A stretch of DNA of 45,581 nt, taken from Chiloscyllium plagiosum (lineage: Eukaryota). Positions 22,534-33,400 of the stretch are shown here, piece after piece. Each line of letters opens with the position of its first letter. Position 1 is the stretch's first letter. The notes beneath the pieces were generated by a model. It was not told the DNA's origin, did not search any database, and worked only from the letters and a program-made list of their open reading frames with translations. Location of the stretch: the NCBI RefSeq assembly GCF_004010195.1, contig NW_025214536.1, forward strand, positions 1 to 45,581, written 5' to 3'. The translations under genes were made by a program, and so were the position numbers.

Positions 22534-24454
22534 GAACATAGAACATTACAGCTCAGTACAGGCCCTTCGGCCCTCGATGTTGCGCCGACCTTTCATACCA
22601 ATCTGAAGCCCATCTAACCTATACTATTCCATGTACGTCCATATGCATGTCCAATGACGACTTAAATGTAATTAAAGTTGGCGAAACTGCTACCGTTACA
22701 GGCAAAGCATTCCATACCCTTACTACTCTCTGAGTAAAGAAACTACCTCTGACATCTGTCCTATATCTATCACCCCTCAATTTAAAGCTATGCCCCCTCG
22801 TGCTCGCCGTCACCATTCCTGGAAAAAGGCTCTCCCTGTTTACCCGATCTAACCCTCTGATTATCTTATATGTCTCTATTAAGTCACCTCTCAACCTTCT
22901 CCTCTCCAATGAAAACAGCCTCAAGTCCCTCAGCCTTTCCTCGTAAGACCTTCCCTCCATACCAGGCAGCATCCTAGTAAATCTCCTCTACACCCTTTCC
23001 AAAGCTTCCACATCCTCCTTATAATGCGGTGACCAGAACTGTACACAAGACACTAAGAGCGGCCACACGAGAGTTTTGTACAGCTGCAGTATAACCTCAT
23101 GGTTCCGGAACTCGATCCCTCTGTTAATAAAAGCAAAAACACTCTATGCATTCTTAACAAACCTGTCAACCTGGGTGGAAACTTACCAGGATCTGTGTAC
23201 CTGGACACCGAGATCTCTCTGCTCATCTACACTACCAAGAATCTTACCATTAGCCCAATACTTTGCATTCCGGTTACTCCAACCAAAGTGAATCACCTCA
23301 CTCTTGTCCGCATTAACCTCCATTTGTCACCTCTCAGCCCAGCTCTGCAACTTATCTATGTCTGTCTGTAACCTACAACATCATTCGTCACTATCCACAA
23401 CTCAATCGACCTTAGTGTCGTCTGCAAATTTATTAACCCACCCTTCTATTCCCTCATCCAGTTCGTTTACAAAAATAACGAACGGCAGTGAACCCAACAC
23501 CGATCCTTGCGGTACATCACTGGTAACTGAACTCCAGGATGAACACTTCCCATCAACTACTACCCTCTGTCTTCTTTCAGCAAGCCAATTACTGATCCAA
23601 ACTGCTATATATCCCACAATCCCATTCCTCCGCATTTTGTACAATAGTCTACTGTGGGGAATCTTACCAAACGCCTTGCTGAAATCCATATACACCACAT
23701 CAACTGGTTTATTCTCATCTACCCATTTGGTCACCTTCTCAAAGAACTCAATAAGGTTTGTGAGGCATGACCTAGCCTTCACAAAACCGTGCTGACTATC
23801 CCTAATCAATTTATTCTTTTCTAAATGATTATAAATCCTATCTCTTTTAACCTTTTCCAACACTTTACCAACAACTGATGTAAGGGTCACTGGTCTATAA
23901 TTACCAGGAATGTCTCTACTCCCCTTCCTGAACAGGAGAACCACATTTGCTATCCTCCAGTCTTCTGACACTATTTCTGTAGAAGATGACGATTTAAAGA
24001 TCAATGCCAAAGGCTCGGCAATCTCCTCCCTGACTTCCCAGAGGATCCTAGGATAAAACCCATCCGGCCCAGGGGACCTATCTATTTTAACACTCTGCAG
24101 GATTTCTAATATCTCCTCCTTGTGAAGCTCAATCACAGCTAGTCTTGTAGCCTGTATCTCAGTAATCTCCTCGACCACATTGTCGTTTTCTAGAGTGAAT
24201 ACTGCTGAAGAATATTCATTTCGTGCCTCCCCTATCTCCTCTGACTCCACACACTAGTGCCCACTACTATCCTTGATTGGCCCTAATCTTACTCTCATTA
24301 TTCTTTCATTCCTTAAATACTTCGGGTTTACCCTGATCCTACCCGCCAACAACTTCTCATGTCTCCTCCTTGTTCTTCTGAGCTCTCTCTTTAGGTCTTT
24401 CCTGGCGACCTTGTAACCCTCAAGCGCCCTAACTGAGCCTTCACATCTCATCCT
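22534..24454 (-). mobile_element. CR1 LINE, 5'-truncated or interrupted, RT with nonsense mutations
   Basis: Minus ORFs 23402-24250 (GPDG, NYRPVTLTS, QHGF, MDFSKAF, PQGSVLG, FADDTK) and 22619-22972. Tail GAACATAGAACAT at 22534 and hairpin AGGCCCTTCGGCCC. Confidence 0.95.
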
Positions 24455-27400
24455 TTGTGCCATGCTGCGTGTGCGCGATGTCAGTGCCGGTCTTTGTGCC
24501 ATGCTGCGTGTGCGCGATGTCAGTGCCGGTCTTTGTGCCATGCTGCGTGTGCGCGATGTCAGTGCCGGTCTTTGTGCCATGCTGCGTGTGCGCGATGTCA
24601 GTGCCGGTCTTTGTGCCATGCTGCGTGTGCGCGATGTCAGTGCCGGTCTTTGTGCCATGCTGCGTGTGCGCGATGTCAGTGCCGGTCTTTGTGCCATGCT
24701 GCGTGTGCGCGATGTCAGTGCCGGTCTTTGTGCCATGCTGCGTGTGCGCGATGTCAGTGCCGGTCTTTGTGCCATGCTGCGTGTGCGCGATGTCAGTGCC
24801 GGTCTTTGTGCCATGCTGCGTGTGCGCGATGTCAGTGCCGGTCTTTGTGCCATGCTGCGTGTGCGCGATGTCAGTGCCGGTCTTTGTGCCATGCTGCGTG
24901 TGCGCGATGTCAGTGCCGGTCTTTGTGCCATGCTGCGTGTGCGCGATGTCAGTGCCGGTCTTTGTGCCATGCTGCGTGTGCGCGATGTCAGTGCCGGTCT
25001 TTGTGCCATGCTGCGTGTGCGCGATGTCAGTGCCGGTCTTTGTGCCATGCTGCGTGTGCGCGATGTCAGTGCCGGTCTTTGTGCCATGCTGCGTGTGCGC
25101 GATGTCAGTGCCGGTCTTTGTGCCATGCTGCGTGTGCGCGATGTCAGTGCCGGTCTTTGTGCCATGCTGCGTGTGCGCGATGTCAGTGCCGGTCTTTGTG
25201 CCATGCTGCGTGTGCGCGATGTCAGTGCCGGTCTTTGTGCCATGCTGCGTGTGCGCGATGTCAGTGCCGGTCTTTGTGCCATGCTGCGTGTGCGCGATGT
25301 CAGTGCCGGTCTTTGTGCCATGCTGCGTGTGCGCGATGTCAGTGCCGGTCTTTGTGCCATGCTGCGTGTGCGCGATGTCAGTGCCGGTCTTTGTGCCATG
25401 CTGCGTGTGCGCGATGTCAGTGCCGGTCTTTGTGCCATGCTGCGTGTGCGCGATGTCAGTGCCGGTCTTTGTGCCATGCTGCGTGTGCGCGATGTCAGTG
25501 CCGGTCTTTGTGCCATGCTGCGTGTGCGCGATGTCAGTGCCGGTCTTTGTGCCATGCTGCGTGTGCGCGATGTCAGTGCCGGTCTTTGTGCCATGCTGCG
25601 TGTGCGCGATGTCAGTGCCGGTCTTTGTGCCATGCTGCGTGTGCGCGATGTCAGTGCCGGTCTTTGTGCCATGCTGCGTGTGCGCGATGTCAGTGCCGGT
25701 CTTTGTGCCATGCTGCGTGTGCGCGATGTCAGTGCCGGTCTTTGTGCCATGCTGCGTGTGCGCGATGTCAGTGCCGGTCTTTGTGCCATGCTGCGTGTGC
25801 GCGATGTCAGTGCCGGTCTTTGTGCCATGCTGCGTGTGCGCGATGTCAGTGCCGGTCTTTGTGCCATGCTGCGTGTGCGCGATGTCAGTGCCGGTCTTTG
25901 TGCCATGCTGCGTGTGCGCGATGTCAGTGCCGGTCTTTGTGCCATGCTGCGTGTGCGCGATGTCAGTGCCGGTCTTTGTGCCATGCTGCGTGTGCGCGAT
26001 GTCAGTGCCGGTCTTTGTGCCATGCTGCGTGTGCGCGATGTCAGTGCCGGTCTTTGTGCCATGCTGCGTGTGCGCGATGTCAGTGCCGGTCTTTGTGCCA
26101 TGCTGCGTGTGCGCGATGTCAGTGCCGGTCTTTGTGCCATGCTGCGTGTGCGCGATGTCAGTGCCGGTCTTTGTGCCATGCTGCGTGTGCGCGATGTCAG
26201 TGCCGGTCTTTGTGCCATGCTGCGTGTGCGCGATGTCAGTGCCGGTCTTTGTGCCATGCTGCGTGTGCGCGATGTCAGTGCCGGTCTTTGTGCCATGCTG
26301 CGTGTGCGCGATGTCAGTGCCGGTCTTTGTGCCATGCTGCGTGTGCGCGATGTCAGTGCCGGTCTTTGTGCCATGCTGCGTGTGCGCGATGTCAGTGCCG
26401 GTCTTTGTGCCATGCTGCGTGTGCGCGATGTCAGTGCCGGTCTTTGTGCCATGCTGCGTGTGCGCGATGTCAGTGCCGGTCTTTGTGCCATGCTGCGTGT
26501 GCGCGATGTCAGTGCCGGTCTTTGTGCCATGCTGCGTGTGCGCGATGTCAGTGCCGGTCTTTGTGCCATGCTGCGTGTGCGCGATGTCAGTGCCGGTCTT
26601 TGTGCCATGCTGCGTGTGCGCGATGTCAGTGCCGGTCTTTGTGCCATGCTGCGTGTGCGCGATGTCAGTGCCGGTCTTTGTGCCATGCTGCGTGTGCGCG
26701 ATGTCAGTGCCGGTCTTTGTGCCATGCTGCGTGTGCGCGATGTCAGTGCCGGTCTTTGTGCCATGCTGCGTGTGCGCGATGTCAGTGCCGGTCTTTGTGC
26801 CATGCTGCGTGTGCGCGATGTCAGTGCCGGTCTTTGTGCCATGCTGCGTGTGCGCGATGTCAGTGCCGGTCTTTGTGCCATGCTGCGTGTGCGCGATGTC
26901 AGTGCCGGTCTTTGTGCCATGCTGCGTGTGCGCGATGTCAGTGCCGGTCTTTGTGCCATGCTGCGTGTGCGCGATGTCAGTGCCGGTCTTTGTGCCATGC
27001 TGCGTGTGCGCGATGTCAGTGCCGGTCTTTGTGCCATGCTGCGTGTGCGCGATGTCAGTGCCGGTCTTTGTGCCATGCTGCGTGTGCGCGATGTCAGTGC
27101 CGGTCTTTGTGCCATGCTGCGTGTGCGCGATGTCAGTGCCGGTCTTTGTGCCATGCTGCGTGTGCGCGATGTCAGTGCCGGTCTTTGTGCCATGCTGCGT
27201 GTGCGCGATGTCAGTGCCGGTCTTTGTGCCATGCTGCGTGTGCGCGATGTCAGTGCCGGTCTTTGTGCCATGCTGCGTGTGCGCGATGTCAGTGCCGGTC
27301 TTTGTGCCATGCTGCGTGTGCGCGATGTCAGTGCCGGTCTTTGTGCCATGCTGCGTGTGCGCGATGTCAGTGCCGGTCTTTGTGCCATGCTGCGTGTGCG

Positions 27401-30400
27401 CGATGTCAGTGCCGGTCTTTGTGCCATGCTGCGTGTGCGCGATGTCAGTGCCGGTCTTTGTGCCATGCTGCGTGTGCGCGATGTCAGTGCCGGTCTTTGT
27501 GCCATGCTGCGTGTGCGCGATGTCAGTGCCGGTCTTTGTGCCATGCTGCGTGTGCGCGATGTCAGTGCCGGTCTTTGTGCCATGCTGCGTGTGCGCGATG
27601 TCAGTGCCGGTCTTTGTGCCATGCTGCGTGTGCGCGATGTCAGTGCCGGTCTTTGTGCCATGCTGCGTGTGCGCGATGTCAGTGCCGGTCTTTGTGCCAT
27701 GCTGCGTGTGCGCGATGTCAGTGCCGGTCTTTGTGCCATGCTGCGTGTGCGCGATGTCAGTGCCGGTCTTTGTGCCATGCTGCGTGTGCGCGATGTCAGT
27801 GCCGGTCTTTGTGCCATGCTGCGTGTGCGCGATGTCAGTGCCGGTCTTTGTGCCATGCTGCGTGTGCGCGATGTCAGTGCCGGTCTTTGTGCCATGCTGC
27901 GTGTGCGCGATGTCAGTGCCGGTCTTTGTGCCATGCTGCGTGTGCGCGATGTCAGTGCCGGTCTTTGTGCCATGCTGCGTGTGCGCGATGTCAGTGCCGG
28001 TCTTTGTGCCATGCTGCGTGTGCGCGATGTCAGTGCCGGTCTTTGTGCCATGCTGCGTGTGCGCGATGTCAGTGCCGGTCTTTGTGCCATGCTGCGTGTG
28101 CGCGATGTCAGTGCCGGTCTTTGTGCCATGCTGCGTGTGCGCGATGTCAGTGCCGGTCTTTGTGCCATGCTGCGTGTGCGCGATGTCAGTGCCGGTCTTT
28201 GTGCCATGCTGCGTGTGCGCGATGTCAGTGCCGGTCTTTGTGCCATGCTGCGTGTGCGCGATGTCAGTGCCGGTCTTTGTGCCATGCTGCGTGTGCGCGA
28301 TGTCAGTGCCGGTCTTTGTGCCATGCTGCGTGTGCGCGATGTCAGTGCCGGTCTTTGTGCCATGCTGCGTGTGCGCGATGTCAGTGCCGGTCTTTGTGCC
28401 ATGCTGCGTGTGCGCGATGTCAGTGCCGGTCTTTGTGCCATGCTGCGTGTGCGCGATGTCAGTGCCGGTCTTTGTGCCATGCTGCGTGTGCGCGATGTCA
28501 GTGCCGGTCTTTGTGCCATGCTGCGTGTGCGCGATGTCAGTGCCGGTCTTTGTGCCATGCTGCGTGTGCGCGATGTCAGTGCCGGTCTTTGTGCCATGCT
28601 GCGTGTGCGCGATGTCAGTGCCGGTCTTTGTGCCATGCTGCGTGTGCGCGATGTCAGTGCCGGTCTTTGTGCCATGCTGCGTGTGCGCGATGTCAGTGCC
28701 GGTCTTTGTGCCATGCTGCGTGTGCGCGATGTCAGTGCCGGTCTTTGTGCCATGCTGCGTGTGCGCGATGTCAGTGCCGGTCTTTGTGCCATGCTGCGTG
28801 TGCGCGATGTCAGTGCCGGTCTTTGTGCCATGCTGCGTGTGCGCGATGTCAGTGCCGGTCTTTGTGCCATGCTGCGTGTGCGCGATGTCAGTGCCGGTCT
28901 TTGTGCCATGCTGCGTGTGCGCGATGTCAGTGCCGGTCTTTGTGCCATGCTGCGTGTGCGCGATGTCAGTGCCGGTCTTTGTGCCATGCTGCGTGTGCGC
29001 GATGTCAGTGCCGGTCTTTGTGCCATGCTGCGTGTGCGCGATGTCAGTGCCGGTCTTTGTGCCATGCTGCGTGTGCGCGATGTCAGTGCCGGTCTTTGTG
29101 CCATGCTGCGTGTGCGCGATGTCAGTGCCGGTCTTTGTGCCATGCTGCGTGTGCGCGATGTCAGTGCCGGTCTTTGTGCCATGCTGCGTGTGCGCGATGT
29201 CAGTGCCGGTCTTTGTGCCATGCTGCGTGTGCGCGATGTCAGTGCCGGTCTTTGTGCCATGCTGCGTGTGCGCGATGTCAGTGCCGGTCTTTGTGCCATG
29301 CTGCGTGTGCGCGATGTCAGTGCCGGTCTTTGTGCCATGCTGCGTGTGCGCGATGTCAGTGCCGGTCTTTGTGCCATGCTGCGTGTGCGCGATGTCAGTG
29401 CCGGTCTTTGTGCCATGCTGCGTGTGCGCGATGTCAGTGCCGGTCTTTGTGCCATGCTGCGTGTGCGCGATGTCAGTGCCGGTCTTTGTGCCATGCTGCG
29501 TGTGCGCGATGTCAGTGCCGGTCTTTGTGCCATGCTGCGTGTGCGCGATGTCAGTGCCGGTCTTTGTGCCATGCTGCGTGTGCGCGATGTCAGTGCCGGT
29601 CTTTGTGCCATGCTGCGTGTGCGCGATGTCAGTGCCGGTCTTTGTGCCATGCTGCGTGTGCGCGATGTCAGTGCCGGTCTTTGTGCCATGCTGCGTGTGC
29701 GCGATGTCAGTGCCGGTCTTTGTGCCATGCTGCGTGTGCGCGATGTCAGTGCCGGTCTTTGTGCCATGCTGCGTGTGCGCGATGTCAGTGCCGGTCTTTG
29801 TGCCATGCTGCGTGTGCGCGATGTCAGTGCCGGTCTTTGTGCCATGCTGCGTGTGCGCGATGTCAGTGCCGGTCTTTGTGCCATGCTGCGTGTGCGCGAT
29901 GTCAGTGCCGGTCTTTGTGCCATGCTGCGTGTGCGCGATGTCAGTGCCGGTCTTTGTGCCATGCTGCGTGTGCGCGATGTCAGTGCCGGTCTTTGTGCCA
30001 TGCTGCGTGTGCGCGATGTCAGTGCCGGTCTTTGTGCCATGCTGCGTGTGCGCGATGTCAGTGCCGGTCTTTGTGCCATGCTGCGTGTGCGCGATGTCAG
30101 TGCCGGTCTTTGTGCCATGCTGCGTGTGCGCGATGTCAGTGCCGGTCTTTGTGCCATGCTGCGTGTGCGCGATGTCAGTGCCGGTCTTTGTGCCATGCTG
30201 CGTGTGCGCGATGTCAGTGCCGGTCTTTGTGCCATGCTGCGTGTGCGCGATGTCAGTGCCGGTCTTTGTGCCATGCTGCGTGTGCGCGATGTCAGTGCCG
30301 GTCTTTGTGCCATGCTGCGTGTGCGCGATGTCAGTGCCGGTCTTTGTGCCATGCTGCGTGTGCGCGATGTCAGTGCCGGTCTTTGTGCCATGCTGCGTGT

Positions 30401-33400
30401 GCGCGATGTCAGTGCCGGTCTTTGTGCCATGCTGCGTGTGCGCGATGTCAGTGCCGGTCTTTGTGCCATGCTGCGTGTGCGCGATGTCAGTGCCGGTCTT
30501 TGTGCCATGCTGCGTGTGCGCGATGTCAGTGCCGGTCTTTGTGCCATGCTGCGTGTGCGCGATGTCAGTGCCGGTCTTTGTGCCATGCTGCGTGTGCGCG
30601 ATGTCAGTGCCGGTCTTTGTGCCATGCTGCGTGTGCGCGATGTCAGTGCCGGTCTTTGTGCCATGCTGCGTGTGCGCGATGTCAGTGCCGGTCTTTGTGC
30701 CATGCTGCGTGTGCGCGATGTCAGTGCCGGTCTTTGTGCCATGCTGCGTGTGCGCGATGTCAGTGCCGGTCTTTGTGCCATGCTGCGTGTGCGCGATGTC
30801 AGTGCCGGTCTTTGTGCCATGCTGCGTGTGCGCGATGTCAGTGCCGGTCTTTGTGCCATGCTGCGTGTGCGCGATGTCAGTGCCGGTCTTTGTGCCATGC
30901 TGCGTGTGCGCGATGTCAGTGCCGGTCTTTGTGCCATGCTGCGTGTGCGCGATGTCAGTGCCGGTCTTTGTGCCATGCTGCGTGTGCGCGATGTCAGTGC
31001 CGGTCTTTGTGCCATGCTGCGTGTGCGCGATGTCAGTGCCGGTCTTTGTGCCATGCTGCGTGTGCGCGATGTCAGTGCCGGTCTTTGTGCCATGCTGCGT
31101 GTGCGCGATGTCAGTGCCGGTCTTTGTGCCATGCTGCGTGTGCGCGATGTCAGTGCCGGTCTTTGTGCCATGCTGCGTGTGCGCGATGTCAGTGCCGGTC
31201 TTTGTGCCATGCTGCGTGTGCGCGATGTCAGTGCCGGTCTTTGTGCCATGCTGCGTGTGCGCGATGTCAGTGCCGGTCTTTGTGCCATGCTGCGTGTGCG
31301 CGATGTCAGTGCCGGTCTTTGTGCCATGCTGCGTGTGCGCGATGTCAGTGCCGGTCTTTGTGCCATGCTGCGTGTGCGCGATGTCAGTGCCGGTCTTTGT
31401 GCCATGCTGCGTGTGCGCGATGTCAGTGCCGGTCTTTGTGCCATGCTGCGTGTGCGCGATGTCAGTGCCGGTCTTTGTGCCATGCTGCGTGTGCGCGATG
31501 TCAGTGCCGGTCTTTGTGCCATGCTGCGTGTGCGCGATGTCAGTGCCGGTCTTTGTGCCATGCTGCGTGTGCGCGATGTCAGTGCCGGTCTTTGTGCCAT
31601 GCTGCGTGTGCGCGATGTCAGTGCCGGTCTTTGTGCCATGCTGCGTGTGCGCGATGTCAGTGCCGGTCTTTGTGCCATGCTGCGTGTGCGCGATGTCAGT
31701 GCCGGTCTTTGTGCCATGCTGCGTGTGCGCGATGTCAGTGCCGGTCTTTGTGCCATGCTGCGTGTGCGCGATGTCAGTGCCGGTCTTTGTGCCATGCTGC
31801 GTGTGCGCGATGTCAGTGCCGGTCTTTGTGCCATGCTGCGTGTGCGCGATGTCAGTGCCGGTCTTTGTGCCATGCTGCGTGTGCGCGATGTCAGTGCCGG
31901 TCTTTGTGCCATGCTGCGTGTGCGCGATGTCAGTGCCGGTCTTTGTGCCATGCTGCGTGTGCGCGATGTCAGTGCCGGTCTTTGTGCCATGCTGCGTGTG
32001 CGCGATGTCAGTGCCGGTCTTTGTGCCATGCTGCGTGTGCGCGATGTCAGTGCCGGTCTTTGTGCCATGCTGCGTGTGCGCGATGTCAGTGCCGGTCTTT
32101 GTGCCATGCTGCGTGTGCGCGATGTCAGTGCCGGTCTTTGTGCCATGCTGCGTGTGCGCGATGTCAGTGCCGGTCTTTGTGCCATGCTGCGTGTGCGCGA
32201 TGTCAGTGCCGGTCTTTGTGCCATGCTGCGTGTGCGCGATGTCAGTGCCGGTCTTTGTGCCATGCTGCGTGTGCGCGATGTCAGTGCCGGTCTTTGTGCC
32301 ATGCTGCGTGTGCGCGATGTCAGTGCCGGTCTTTGTGCCATGCTGCGTGTGCGCGATGTCAGTGCCGGTCTTTGTGCCATGCTGCGTGTGCGCGATGTCA
32401 GTGCCGGTCTTTGTGCCATGCTGCGTGTGCGCGATGTCAGTGCCGGTCTTTGTGCCATGCTGCGTGTGCGCGATGTCAGTGCCGGTCTTTGTGCCATGCT
32501 GCGTGTGCGCGATGTCAGTGCCGGTCTTTGTGCCATGCTGCGTGTGCGCGATGTCAGTGCCGGTCTTTGTGCCATGCTGCGTGTGCGCGATGTCAGTGCC
32601 GGTCTTTGTGCCATGCTGCGTGTGCGCGATGTCAGTGCCGGTCTTTGTGCCATGCTGCGTGTGCGCGATGTCAGTGCCGGTCTTTGTGCCATGCTGCGTG
32701 TGCGCGATGTCAGTGCCGGTCTTTGTGCCATGCTGCGTGTGCGCGATGTCAGTGCCGGTCTTTGTGCCATGCTGCGTGTGCGCGATGTCAGTGCCGGTCT
32801 TTGTGCCATGCTGCGTGTGCGCGATGTCAGTGCCGGTCTTTGTGCCATGCTGCGTGTGCGCGATGTCAGTGCCGGTCTTTGTGCCATGCTGCGTGTGCGC
32901 GATGTCAGTGCCGGTCTTTGTGCCATGCTGCGTGTGCGCGATGTCAGTGCCGGTCTTTGTGCCATGCTGCGTGTGCGCGATGTCAGTGCCGGTCTTTGTG
33001 CCATGCTGCGTGTGCGCGATGTCAGTGCCGGTCTTTGTGCCATGCTGCGTGTGCGCGATGTCAGTGCCGGTCTTTGTGCCATGCTGCGTGTGCGCGATGT
33101 CAGTGCCGGTCTTTGTGCCATGCTGCGTGTGCGCGATGTCAGTGCCGGTCTTTGTGCCATGCTGCGTGTGCGCGATGTCAGTGCCGGTCTTTGTGCCATG
33201 CTGCGTGTGCGCGATGTCAGTGCCGGTCTTTGTGCCATGCTGCGTGTGCGCGATGTCAGTGCCGGTCTTTGTGCCATGCTGCGTGTGCGCGATGTCAGTG
33301 CCGGTCTTTGTGCCATGCTGCGTGTGCGCGATGTCAGTGCCGGTCTTTGTGCCATGCTGCGTGTGCGCGATGTCAGTGCCGGTCTTTGTGCCATGCTGCG

